This document shows positions 53,705 to 63,585 of a stretch of DNA of 64,000 nt, one piece after another. The notes below the pieces were generated by a model, which was given only the letters and a program-made list of their open reading frames with translations, was not told where the DNA came from and ran no database searches. The position numbers were made by a program, and so were the translations under genes. Source of the DNA: an uncultured Bacilli bacterium. GTDB taxonomy: Bacteria > Bacillota_I > Bacilli_A > RF39 > UBA660. The stretch is taken from assembly GCA_947589275.1 (NCBI GenBank), contig CANQAQ010000001.1, forward strand, positions 4,884-68,883, read 5' to 3'. Within the stretch, counting starts at the first letter, position 1. Each line of letters begins with the position of its first letter.

Positions 53705-54775
53705 ATGAATGGATTAAGTTTTAAAGAATTACTAAAATATAAAAAAGATTTAAATAAGAAATTATCAAAAACAAATGGTTCAGATAATATAAATGAAATT
53801 AATGAAAAGATTTCTTTAATAAATGAAATGCTTGAAGAGAAAAAGAAATATTATTCAAATCAGGATATAGTAAAATGGGGACAAAAGAAAAAAGATGCAT
53901 TAACTAAAGAGGAATATTTATATGCATCAAAAATGTGTGAAGAAATAAAAGATTATAAAAAGTTAATAGAAGATGAACAAAGAGAAAAAATAGGTGTAAA
54001 AAAATCTAAGAAAGGATTTTTTAAAAAAGCTGCTGTAATTGCAGGATCACTTATTTTAGCAGTTGGAGCATATTTTGGATCATATTCTATATTTCATAAG
54101 AAAAATAAAGATATAAAAGATGAAAGTTCTAATTCACAAATTGAAGATCAAAATTCAGAACTTGAAAATTCAGGTGATAGATTAATTGATGATGTAGGTT
54201 TATCAGAATCACAAATCGATGATATGATAAATAATGTTGAATCAAATACTACTGAAGATTCATTATTAAATTCAAATGTTACACAAACAACGGTAGATAA
54301 CAAAAATAATACTATATCAATAATTGAAACAGTAAATGATAATGCATCAGATACTCAAGATAATAATAATTCTGTAGTTGTAACAGAAGAAGTAATACCG
54401 GAAGTTGTAGAAGAAAGTAGTGAAATAATAATAGATCCAGAAGATACAGTAAGAGAAGGCGATGAAATACCTTCAGAAGAAGTAGTATATGAGGAGACAG
54501 TTGTAGAAAATGCACCAACAGTAGATGAAGGTAATATGCAAATAGAAGAAGATGAAAATGATGTAACATATTATAATAATGAAAATAACTCAAAAGAAAA
54601 TAATTCTTCATCAAATAATAAAGTAGAAGAAGAAACAACAGTTAATCAAGCACCAGAAATAGATTATGATAATATGGAAATTGAAGAAGATGAAGATGAT
54701 ATAACATACTATGATGAAGAAGGAAAAGAAATTTCTTCAGAAAATTCAGCATATGTGTTAACATTAAAAATGTAG
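53705..54775 (+). CDS. hypothetical single-pass membrane protein with a coiled-coil N-domain and an acidic tandem-repeat ectodomain
   Basis: AGGGAGG ribosome-binding site; one transmembrane segment (AAVIAGSLILAVGAYFGSYSIF); ectodomain rich in D, E and N, with an imperfect roughly 40-aa tandem repeat (APTVDEGNMQIEEDENDVTYYNNEN / APEIDYDNMEIEEDEDDITYYDEEG). Confidence 0.55.
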   Translation: MNGLSFKELLKYKKDLNKKLSKTNGSDNINEINEKISLINEMLEEKKKYYSNQDIVKWGQKKKDALTKEEYLYASKMCEEIKDYKKLIEDEQREKIGVKKSKKGFFKKAAVIAGSLILAVGAYFGSYSIFHKKNKDIKDESSNSQIEDQNSELENSGDRLIDDVGLSESQIDDMINNVESNTTEDSLLNSNVTQTTVDNKNNTISIIETVNDNASDTQDNNNSVVVTEEVIPEVVEESSEIIIDPEDTVREGDEIPSEEVVYEETVVENAPTVDEGNMQIEEDENDVTYYNNENNSKENNSSSNNKVEEETTVNQAPEIDYDNMEIEEDEDDITYYDEEGKEISSENSAYVLTLKM

Positions 54776-54786
54776 GGGGTTAAAAT

Positions 54787-55857
54787 ATGACATTTAAAAA
54801 TAAAGCAATAACAGGTACATTAATTGGTATTAGCTTAGCAGCAGGTTTAGGAACTATTACTGCGATTAAAGATAATAAATCAAATATAACAGAAACAGAA
54901 GAAGTAAATGAATTAGACGTTGTTCAAACTAATAAAAATATAATAATAGTTAATGGAATGACTACATTACAGGTTGCAGAAAAATCTTATAATGAATATA
55001 AAGAATTTTATGATAGTATTGGTGTAAGTATAGAAGATATAGATACATTAATAAATGTAGTTAACGATAATACTGATGGTTATACATTAGAACAACTAGA
55101 AGATTCTTTAGCTATCGTAAGAAATATTGAATTATCAGATAATGTAATTCAATCAATTGATAATATAAATGCAAGTAAGATTTCAGAACTTCCATATGAA
55201 GGTGAATTATGTACTTGTATACCATCTCCAAAGATATCTGACTTTGTAAATATATCAAATATAGATGATACTATAACAAATTATGAATCTTTAAGAGATG
55301 AATTAATAACTGAAATAAGACAATCAGGAACATATAGTGAAGAAATAGCACAAAAGATTAGACAAGCAACTATAGATATGGAAATATCACAATATAATAA
55401 AGATACTTCAGATATGAATTCTGAATGTCCAAGTGAGGGATTAAACTATATAGTTGCATCATCAAAATATAACTTAGCGCAGTTATGTCAGCTAGTAACA
55501 CCAAATAATAATTATATAATAGCTGATAATGGAATTGAACTTAAACTTTCTTTATCAGGTTCTGAATTAGAAAATGCATCTATAGTAGAAATGTTAGGAG
55601 ATTCAGCACCTTCAGATGTTTTATCTAAGTATGCATTAGATAGAGAATCTTTAATTATTACTAAATATGATGAATCAATGTGTTCAATAGCAGTAGAAAT
55701 ATACCAAAATGCAGGATATTATTTACAATCAACAAATAATATTGAAAATCTTAAAGCTCTAAGTTATAAATTAAAAGAAGTTAATGAATATTATACTTAT
55801 GGTATAGAAAATATAGATCAAATACAAGAAATAAATAATTTAACATTTTCTATATAA
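54787..55857 (+). CDS. hypothetical exported or membrane-anchored protein, 356 aa, with 6 Cys
   Basis: N-terminal signal-anchor (AITGTLIGISLAAGLGTITA). Lies 12 bp after the preceding gene, so the two are likely cotranscribed. A terminator follows at 55858-55885 (AATACTCA-tat-TGAGTATT plus T8). Confidence 0.55.
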   Translation: MTFKNKAITGTLIGISLAAGLGTITAIKDNKSNITETEEVNELDVVQTNKNIIIVNGMTTLQVAEKSYNEYKEFYDSIGVSIEDIDTLINVVNDNTDGYTLEQLEDSLAIVRNIELSDNVIQSIDNINASKISELPYEGELCTCIPSPKISDFVNISNIDDTITNYESLRDELITEIRQSGTYSEEIAQKIRQATIDMEISQYNKDTSDMNSECPSEGLNYIVASSKYNLAQLCQLVTPNNNYIIADNGIELKLSLSGSELENASIVEMLGDSAPSDVLSKYALDRESLIITKYDESMCSIAVEIYQNAGYYLQSTNNIENLKALSYKLKEVNEYYTYGIENIDQIQEINNLTFSI

Positions 55858-55976
55858 ATACTCATATTGAGTATTTTTTTTATTAAATATATGATAAAAT
55901 TATAGAAGAAATTAAAGCAAATTTTGTACTTTTGCATATGTTAATATAGGTGCTATCTATATAGTAGGAGGGTTTT

Positions 55977-57227
55977 ATGAAAACATTAGAAATAGAGGGT
56001 AATAAAAAATTAAGTGGTACAGTAAAAATAAGTGGTGCAAAAAATAGTGCAGTAGCACTAATACCTGCATCAATATTATGTGATGAAAGTGTCACAATAT
56101 CAAATATACCTAATATTTCAGATATAAGCGCACTAGAAGATATATTAAAATATTTAAATGTAAAATTTAAAAGAGATTCAAGTGGTGAAATGTACATAGA
56201 CCCTAATAATATGAAAAATAAAATGTTACCAGAATCAATTTCTAATAAATTAAGAGCATCATATTACTTTATGGGAGCCCTTTTAGGAAAATATAAAAGA
56301 GTTGAAATGTATTTTCCAGGTGGTTGTACAATAGGTGCTAGACCAATAGATTTACATTTAAAAGGATTTGAATCATTAGGTGCAAAAGTAAAACAAACAA
56401 AAAATAAATATATAATAACTGCAGATGAACTTATTGGTAGTAATATTTATCTTGATGTAGCAAGTGTAGGAGCAACTATTAATATAATGTTAGCAGCAGT
56501 AAAAGCAAAAGGAATTACTGTAATAGAAAATGCAGCAAAAGAACCTGAAATAGTAAATATAGCAACTTTTTTAAATAATATGGGTGCTAAAATAATGGGT
56601 GCAGGAACTAATACAATAAAGATTAAAGGGGTATCATATTTAAAATCATGCTATCATGAAGTTATTCCAGACAGAATAGAGGCAGCAACTTATATTATGA
56701 TAGGTGCAGCAGTTTGTACAAACTTAGTAGTAGAAAATGTTATACCAGAACATATAGATGCACTAATTCAGAAATTAGTTGAAATGGGTGTTGATTTAAA
56801 AGTAGATTCAGATAAAGTAGTTGTAACAAATAAAAATAATTTAAAAAAGATAAACGTAATGACTCTTGTTTATCCAGGTTTTCCAACAGATATGCAGCAA
56901 ATAATAGCAAGTCTTATGACTCAGGCAGAAGGAGAATCACGTATTGAAGAAACAATATATGAAAATAGATTTTTAAATTTATATGAATTAGTAAAGATGG
57001 GTGCGAATATAAAAATAGAGGGTAATAAAGCATACATAAAGGGTAAAACAAAGTTAAAGTCAGCAGAAGTCTATGCTAATGATTTAAGAGCAGGTGCTGG
57101 ACTTGTTTTAGCAGCGTTATTAGCAGATGGAACAACAAAAATAAATAATGCTGATTATATACTTAGAGGTTATGAGGATATAGTATTAAAATTAACAAAT
57201 TTAGGTGCTAAAATTAGACTCATTTAA
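55977..57227 (+). CDS. murA: UDP-N-acetylglucosamine 1-carboxyvinyltransferase
   Basis: EPT family; KISGAKNSAV and the active-site region. Confidence 0.95.
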   Translation: MKTLEIEGNKKLSGTVKISGAKNSAVALIPASILCDESVTISNIPNISDISALEDILKYLNVKFKRDSSGEMYIDPNNMKNKMLPESISNKLRASYYFMGALLGKYKRVEMYFPGGCTIGARPIDLHLKGFESLGAKVKQTKNKYIITADELIGSNIYLDVASVGATINIMLAAVKAKGITVIENAAKEPEIVNIATFLNNMGAKIMGAGTNTIKIKGVSYLKSCYHEVIPDRIEAATYIMIGAAVCTNLVVENVIPEHIDALIQKLVEMGVDLKVDSDKVVVTNKNNLKKINVMTLVYPGFPTDMQQIIASLMTQAEGESRIEETIYENRFLNLYELVKMGANIKIEGNKAYIKGKTKLKSAEVYANDLRAGAGLVLAALLADGTTKINNADYILRGYEDIVLKLTNLGAKIRLI

Positions 57228-57256
57228 ATATAATTTATTAATAGATTATATAAAGG

Positions 57257-57985
57257 GTGGGTCTAATGAAAATGAAAATAGTAATACTCCTAGCATTTTT
57301 TTCTTTATTTGCGTTTATATCATATGTTCAAAATAATAATAAGGAAATAAATTATACAATACTTGGTGATAAAGAGCTATTTTCTAATAATTTAAAATCG
57401 GTAAATTTTTCTGATATGATATATCAAAAATTAGATGATGATAATCTTCTTGGATTTTATTCTAAAGATTTTATAAGAAAAGATATAAGAATAATTGATG
57501 TAATGAATGACATAAATGATAATATTTCTATAGATAATATAACAATACAAAATATAATAAAAAGAACGGACATAATGATATTATCAATAGGAAATAATGA
57601 AATAAATTACAAATTATCAAAAATTGATAAAGATATTAATAATGATGTTGAAATATATAAATATTTAGATGAAATAGTAAATGATGCATCCAAGCTTATA
57701 GATGACATACAAAAAATAAATAAATGTAAGATCATATTTTTAGGTTATTATAATGATACAAATAATGTAAATAATGATAAATATTATATATATGTAAATG
57801 ATAAAATAGAAAATATGATAAAAGATAAAAAACAAGAATTTATAAATTTATATAATTTACTAAATAAAAATGAATTATATTTGACTAAATCAACTCCTAT
57901 ATACATAACAAATGAGGGCAATTTGGCAATATATGATAAAATAGTAGACAAAATAGACGATTTACACTTGCATAATATAAATTAA
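57257..57985 (+). CDS. hypothetical exported protein, possibly a degenerate SGNH-hydrolase fold
   Basis: Signal peptide. Block-like motifs ILGDKE (a GDSL position without the Ser), ILSIGNNE, and a C-terminal DDLHLH (DxxH). A weak call. Confidence 0.4.
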   Translation: MGLMKMKIVILLAFFSLFAFISYVQNNNKEINYTILGDKELFSNNLKSVNFSDMIYQKLDDDNLLGFYSKDFIRKDIRIIDVMNDINDNISIDNITIQNIIKRTDIMILSIGNNEINYKLSKIDKDINNDVEIYKYLDEIVNDASKLIDDIQKINKCKIIFLGYYNDTNNVNNDKYYIYVNDKIENMIKDKKQEFINLYNLLNKNELYLTKSTPIYITNEGNLAIYDKIVDKIDDLHLHNIN

Positions 57986-58055
57986 ATTGTTATAATATTA
58001 AAGATTTTGGTAATTCTATAATCTACAAAAGATTATGGCGGAAGGAGAAATAATA

Positions 58056-58268
58056 ATGGCAAAAGAGGGAAACGTTGTTTATAAAGAATCAAAAGTAATA
58101 TGTGCTTGTGGTGAAACTTTTACAACACAATCTACTAAAGATGAAATACATGTAGAAGTTTGTTCTAAATGTCATCCATTTTTTACAGGAAAACAAAGTA
58201 GAACATCAAAAGCAGGTAACGTTGAAAAATTCAGAGCTAAATATGGTTTTGATAAAGAAGATAAATAA
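58056..58268 (+). CDS. rpmE: 50S ribosomal protein L31 (Zn-ribbon type A)
   Basis: CxC...[12 protein letters not shown] motif; start at MAKEG after a GGAAGGAG ribosome-binding site. Confidence 0.9.
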   Translation: MAKEGNVVYKESKVICACGETFTTQSTKDEIHVEVCSKCHPFFTGKQSRTSKAGNVEKFRAKYGFDKEDK

Positions 58269-58331
58269 TTAGACAAAATGTCTAATTTTTTAATTTTATG
58301 TTATACTATTATATAGAATAGAGGTAATAAA

Positions 58332-58769
58332 ATGAAAATAGGTATAGTATCTGATCATAATGGCTATGAATTAAAAAATAAAATAATTAATAATTGTAAA
58401 GATATAAACTTTATTGATTATGGAACAAAATCTAAAAAAAATACTGATTATCCTGATTATGCTTTTAGACTTGGAAAAGCAATAAATGATAAAGAAGTAG
58501 ATCTTGGTATTGCAATATGTGGAAGTGGAATTGGAATGAGTATAGCTTGTAATAAAGTAAAAGGTATAAGATGTTCAAGGGTAACTTCAATAAAAGATGT
58601 AAAAATAACTAAAATAGATAATAATGCTAATATTATCGCATTTAGTTGTAAACTAGATTTTAAAAAAGTAAAAAGGATGATAGAAGAATTTATAAATACC
58701 CCATTTTCAAATGAAGAAAGACATAATAGAAGAATTAATAAAATTAGTGAATATGAATTAACAAATTAG
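58332..58769 (+). CDS. rpiB: ribose-5-phosphate isomerase B (RpiB/LacAB family)
   Basis: MKIGI.SDH.G...K, the RpiB family N-terminus, and the CGSGIG motif. Confidence 0.8.
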   Translation: MKIGIVSDHNGYELKNKIINNCKDINFIDYGTKSKKNTDYPDYAFRLGKAINDKEVDLGIAICGSGIGMSIACNKVKGIRCSRVTSIKDVKITKIDNNANIIAFSCKLDFKKVKRMIEEFINTPFSNEERHNRRINKISEYELTN

Positions 58770-58791
58770 CATATGATTTACTGGTGAGAAT

Positions 58792-59718
58792 ATGAAAAAA
58801 ATAATAACAATAGTATTACCAGTAATATTTATACCATTTTTGATAATTCATTTTTTTTATGATTACTCAGTTAAGAAGATTATATCAGGATTTAATACAA
58901 ATAAGAATGAGCAAATAATAAGAGTTTTAAGAGGTAATGGATCTATAGAATCATTAAATATTGAAGATTACTTAATAGGGGTTGTTTCAGCGGAGGTTCC
59001 CGTATCCTTTGAAAAGGAAGCATTAAAAGCACAGGCTGTAGCTGCAAGAACATATGCTATGAAACAAATTCAAAATAGTAAGAATAGAGAATATGATGTA
59101 ACGGATAATACGCTATCTCAAGTATATCAAGATGAAAGTTCATTAAAAGAAAAATGGAAAGATAAATATGATGAATATATAGCAAAAATAAAAGAATGCA
59201 TAACAGAAACAGAGGGCGAATATATAACATATAATAATGAAGTAATATATGCTTTCTTTTTTTCAACTAGTAACGGAAAAACAGAAGATAATAAAAATGT
59301 ATTTGGACAAGATTTACCATATTTAAAAAGTGTAGATAGTAGCTTTGATGAGAGTGAGACAAAAGGATTTACATCAACTAAAAATTTTACATTACAAGAG
59401 TTTTATGAAAAATTACAAATACCATACAATGATACTATAAATATAACAGAATTATTAAGAACAGAATCAGGTAGAGTAAGTAGTTTAAAAGTAAATGGAA
59501 CAAGTTTAACAGGTAGGACATTTCAAAGTAAGTTATCACTTAGATCAAATGATTTTACAATAACTCAATCAGATAATACTGTTACAATAACAACAAAAGG
59601 ATTTGGTCATGGAGTTGGAATGAGTCAATATGGAGCAAATGCATTAGCAAAACAAAATAAAAAATATGATGAAATATTAAAATATTATTATCAAGGAACT
59701 GAAATTCAAAAATTATAA
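58792..59718 (+). CDS. spoIID: stage II sporulation protein D (lytic transglycosylase)
   Basis: SpoIID family (EALKAQAVAARTYA...); transmembrane anchor. Confidence 0.85.
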   Translation: MKKIITIVLPVIFIPFLIIHFFYDYSVKKIISGFNTNKNEQIIRVLRGNGSIESLNIEDYLIGVVSAEVPVSFEKEALKAQAVAARTYAMKQIQNSKNREYDVTDNTLSQVYQDESSLKEKWKDKYDEYIAKIKECITETEGEYITYNNEVIYAFFFSTSNGKTEDNKNVFGQDLPYLKSVDSSFDESETKGFTSTKNFTLQEFYEKLQIPYNDTINITELLRTESGRVSSLKVNGTSLTGRTFQSKLSLRSNDFTITQSDNTVTITTKGFGHGVGMSQYGANALAKQNKKYDEILKYYYQGTEIQKL

Positions 59719-59772
59719 ATAATATGTATAATTTTTTTAAATTCTACCACACTTTAAATGAGGTGGAAAATT

Positions 59773-60405
59773 ATGAAAACAAAAAAATTAAGACCATTTG
59801 TAATGCCAGTAATTTATGGTATAGCATGCGCAGCAATTATTATGTCATTAGTTTTAGTTGATAAAACAAAAAACAAATCTGTTATGAAAGAATATAACGA
59901 TTATGTATATGTAAATAATAGTATACTAACGGATAATATACCTGTATCACAAGAGGATATTGTTATTGTAAAACCATATACATCTGACAAAGTAGAAATA
60001 TCAAAAAAATTTTATGATATATCATCAAGTGATGAAGAAAAAGAAAATGCAATTATATATTATAACGATACCTACATTCAAAATTCAGGAATATTATATA
60101 AATCAAGTGAAGAATTTGATGTAGTAGCCATATTAGATGGTACTGTAATAGATGTAAAAAAAGATGAAATACTTGGGAATGTTGTAGAGATAAAACATTC
60201 AAATAATATAATAAGTACTTACCAAGGATTATCAACTGTAGATGTTAAAAAAGGAGAACTTATTAAACAAGGTAACTGTATTGGAAAAAGTGGTAGTCTT
60301 AATGTAGGTGAATCATTAGATAATGCATTATTATTTGAATTTATATATAATGGAAAGTTAGTTAATCCAGAAAATTATTATGATAAAAAAATAAGTGAAT
60401 TATAA
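59773..60405 (+). CDS. spoIIQ: SpoIIQ-like protein with a degenerate LytM (M23) domain
   Basis: Transmembrane anchor plus an M23 fold (GNVVEIKHSNNIISTYQGL...GKSGSLNVGESLDNALLFEFIYNGKLVNP). The HxxxD and HxH zinc and catalytic histidines are replaced. The spoIID, spoIIQ, spoIIID, mbl order matches. Confidence 0.6.
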   Translation: MKTKKLRPFVMPVIYGIACAAIIMSLVLVDKTKNKSVMKEYNDYVYVNNSILTDNIPVSQEDIVIVKPYTSDKVEISKKFYDISSSDEEKENAIIYYNDTYIQNSGILYKSSEEFDVVAILDGTVIDVKKDEILGNVVEIKHSNNIISTYQGLSTVDVKKGELIKQGNCIGKSGSLNVGESLDNALLFEFIYNGKLVNPENYYDKKISEL

Positions 60406-60458
60406 AATAATCATAAAAAAATAATATAATTATATATTTTATTATAGGGGTGTTTAAC

Positions 60459-60716
60459 TTGAATAATAAAATATATACAAGAATTATTAAAGAATCAAAT
60501 TATATTTTGAAAACAAATTGTACAATCCGTGAGGTAGCAAAATATATTAAAGTAAGTAAAAGTACAGTTCATAAAGATCTACATGAAAGATTATACATGA
60601 TTGATAAAGATTTATATAAAAAAGTGGACAAAGTGTTAAAAGAACATCTTCAAATAAGACATATTAATGGTGGTAATGCAACAAAAATGAAATATGAAAA
60701 ATTAAGAAAGGAGTGA
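60459..60716 (+). CDS. spoIIID: stage III sporulation protein D (HTH transcription factor)
   Basis: REVAKYIKVSKSTVHKDL is near-identical to the B. subtilis SpoIIID HTH. Probable TTG start after an AGGGGTG site (the ORF track starts at a GTG at 60450). Confidence 0.8.
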   Translation: MNNKIYTRIIKESNYILKTNCTIREVAKYIKVSKSTVHKDLHERLYMIDKDLYKKVDKVLKEHLQIRHINGGNATKMKYEKLRKE

Positions 60717-60720
60717 TATT

Positions 60721-61710
60721 TTGCTCAGCAAAGATATAGGAATAGATTTAGGAACTGCTAATGTATTAATATATGTAAAAGGACAAGGTATTGTTCTTAA
60801 TGAACCAAGTGTAGTTGCAATAGATACAGAAACAAAAAATGTACTTGCTGTGGGCGAAGATGCACATCAGATGCTTGGAAGAACTCCTGGAAAAGTTAAT
60901 GCAGTAAGACCATTAAAAGATGGGGTTATTGCGGACTTTGAATTAACAGAAGCTATGTTAAACATGTTTCTTAGAAAAGTTAAAGGGAAAGGAACTTTTT
61001 CAAAGCCAAGAATATTAATATGCTGTCCTTCTAATATTACACAAGTTGAAAGAAATGCAATAAAAGAAGCAGCAGAAGTAACAGGTGCAAAAAAAGTATT
61101 TGTAGAAGAAGAACCAAAAGTAGCGGCAATTGGCGCAGGTCTTGATATATCAAAACCAGAAGCTAGTATGGTAATAGATATAGGTGGTGGAACTACAGAT
61201 ATTGCTATACTATCTTTAGGTGAAATTGTAACAAGTAAATCAATAAGAGTTGCGGGAGATTTATTTGATCAAGAAATAATAAAATATGTTAAAAATAAGT
61301 ATAAATTATTAATAGGCGAAAGAACTGCAGAAGAAGTAAAGATTGAAATAGGAACAGTTTTTCCAAATGAAAAAAAAGAAAAAAAATTAATTAGAGGTAG
61401 GGATTTAGTGACTGGGCTTCCAAATAGTATAACTATAGAATCTAAAGAAGTAGAAGAAGCATTAAAAGATTCTGTTCATAAAATAGTGACAGCAGCAAAA
61501 AATGTACTAGAAGAAACAATGCCAGAATTATCTGCAGATATTGTTAATAAAGGTGTTGTAGTTACAGGTGGTGGAGCATTAATAAGTGGTATAGATAAAC
61601 TTTTAGATAAAGAACTAAAAGTACCAATTAAAATTGCAGAATCACCATTAACATGTGTTGCAGAGGGTACTGCTGTAATGCTTGATAATATTAAATTATT
61701 AGAAAAATAA
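60721..61710 (+). CDS. mbl: rod-shape determining actin homolog MreB/Mbl
   Basis: DLGTANVLIYVKG, the actin ATPase fold; TTG start after an AAGGAGTG site. Confidence 0.9.
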   Translation: MLSKDIGIDLGTANVLIYVKGQGIVLNEPSVVAIDTETKNVLAVGEDAHQMLGRTPGKVNAVRPLKDGVIADFELTEAMLNMFLRKVKGKGTFSKPRILICCPSNITQVERNAIKEAAEVTGAKKVFVEEEPKVAAIGAGLDISKPEASMVIDIGGGTTDIAILSLGEIVTSKSIRVAGDLFDQEIIKYVKNKYKLLIGERTAEEVKIEIGTVFPNEKKEKKLIRGRDLVTGLPNSITIESKEVEEALKDSVHKIVTAAKNVLEETMPELSADIVNKGVVVTGGGALISGIDKLLDKELKVPIKIAESPLTCVAEGTAVMLDNIKLLEK

Positions 61711-61765
61711 GTTTATCTTATTTTTTTTTAATACTTAACATGATATAATTAAAATAGGTGATATA

Positions 61766-62839
61766 ATGAGTAGTAGTTTATTAAATAATATAAAAATAAT
61801 AGCTATAGTATTTACATTTGTAGCAATTATTATACCTTTTATAAAAAAACTAGCATTTCATATTAATGCAGTTGATGAACCAGGTGGAAGACATATCCAT
61901 AATTCTATAATGCCAAAGTTAGGTGGATTAGGAATATTTTTAGGGTTTTTACTTGGATATATGTTATTTTGTAATCAAACTCCACAAATGATATCTATAC
62001 TAATAGGTGGAATAATAATATTACTTACTGGGTTATTTGATGATATAAAAAGATTACCTGCATCAGTTCAATTTATAGGGCAAATAGCAGCAGCAGCAGT
62101 TGTTGTATATTATGGTTCTATTGTTATGCAAGATATATCTGCATATGGAATATATCTAAACTTTGGGATATTTGCTAAACCATTAACTATAATTTTTATA
62201 GTTGCATTGATGAATTGTATGAATTTTATAGATGGTCTTGATGGATTAGCTGGTGGAATTGCAACTATATTTTTTATAACTATTTCAATTATTATATCTT
62301 ATATGGGAATTTATAATGGACTTGATGCATCACTTACACTTATTATGATAGGAGCAACATTAGGATTTTTAATACATAACTTTTATCCCGCAAAAATATT
62401 TTTAGGTAATAGTGGATCAATGTTTCTAGGGTATATGATATCTGTAATATCACTTTTAGGATTTAAAAATGTAACTATAACATCATTTATAATACCTGTT
62501 TTAATTTTAGCAATACCAATATTAGATACATTATTTGCAATAATAAGGCGTCTTTTAAAAAGAGAATCACCTACAAAAGGAGACAAACAACATTTACATC
62601 ATCAATTACTTCAAAGAACATCGAGTCAGTTAAAGTCAGTACTTATAATATATGGAATTAATATTTTATTTTCAATCGCATCTATAGTTTATGTACTTGG
62701 TAATTCAAAACTAGGTGAAGTAATATATGTATTCTTATTAGTAATTATACTCTGGTTTGTATTAACTACTGATATATTATTTGATAGAAAAAAAATAGAA
62801 GATGATATAAAAAATAAAATAAATTCAAAAACAAAATAA
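61766..62839 (+). CDS. glycosyltransferase family 4 undecaprenyl-phosphate sugar-phosphate transferase (TagO/WecA-like)
   Basis: About 10 transmembrane helices and an MraY/WecA-type motif (NxxNxxDGxDGLA: NCMNFIDGLDGLAGG). Confidence 0.75.
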   Translation: MSSSLLNNIKIIAIVFTFVAIIIPFIKKLAFHINAVDEPGGRHIHNSIMPKLGGLGIFLGFLLGYMLFCNQTPQMISILIGGIIILLTGLFDDIKRLPASVQFIGQIAAAAVVVYYGSIVMQDISAYGIYLNFGIFAKPLTIIFIVALMNCMNFIDGLDGLAGGIATIFFITISIIISYMGIYNGLDASLTLIMIGATLGFLIHNFYPAKIFLGNSGSMFLGYMISVISLLGFKNVTITSFIIPVLILAIPILDTLFAIIRRLLKRESPTKGDKQHLHHQLLQRTSSQLKSVLIIYGINILFSIASIVYVLGNSKLGEVIYVFLLVIILWFVLTTDILFDRKKIEDDIKNKINSKTK

Positions 62840-62936
62840 ACTATATAGTTTATTTTTATTTTCTCAATGAACAAAAATGGAAAAAACTGTAAATTTTGTG
62901 ATATAATCGATTATGGTTGTTAGGAGTATAGGTATT

Positions 62937-63584
62937 ATGATTAATTTCATTGTATGTGAAGATAATGATATTATTTTAAATAAAAATATAGATATTATTA
63001 ATAAGATAATGTTTAATAATAATATTTCATATAAAATATATAAATTTTCATCATACAATTCTGAATTAAAAAAACTAATAAAAGAACATATAGAAAACAA
63101 AATATATATATTAGACATAGAACTTGATAATAAATCTGGTATAGATATAGCAAGAGAAATACGAAATAATGACTTAAATAGTTTTATAATAATATCTACT
63201 GTACATAGTGAATATTTACCCTATACAATAAAATCTAAATTATTAATATTTGATTTTGTATCTAAATTTGATGATTACGAAAATAGTTTATCAACAGTTA
63301 TAAAAAACATATTATCTATATATGATGAATCTAAAATTTTAACTATAACAATAAATGGTTCAATTAAAAAAATAAAATTAAATGATATATTAAAAATAGA
63401 ATATAATAATTCTTTAAATCAAACTTCAATAAAAACAAAATCAAAAACATATTATACAAAGAAAACATTAAAAGTTATAGAAAAAAATTTAGATGATAGA
63501 TTTATAAAAACAAAAGATGGGAAGATAATTAATAATAACTATATTATAGATAAAAAATCTATAAATAAGAAAGGAGTGATATAA
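62937..63584 (+). CDS. LytTR-family response regulator
   Basis: Receiver domain (FIVCEDND...DIEL) plus a C-terminal LytTR DNA-binding domain. Start at MINFIV after a TAGGAG site; the ORF-track start at 62913 is likely too early. Confidence 0.75.
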   Translation: MINFIVCEDNDIILNKNIDIINKIMFNNNISYKIYKFSSYNSELKKLIKEHIENKIYILDIELDNKSGIDIAREIRNNDLNSFIIISTVHSEYLPYTIKSKLLIFDFVSKFDDYENSLSTVIKNILSIYDESKILTITINGSIKKIKLNDILKIEYNNSLNQTSIKTKSKTYYTKKTLKVIEKNLDDRFIKTKDGKIINNNYIIDKKSINKKGVI

Positions 63585-63585
63585 A

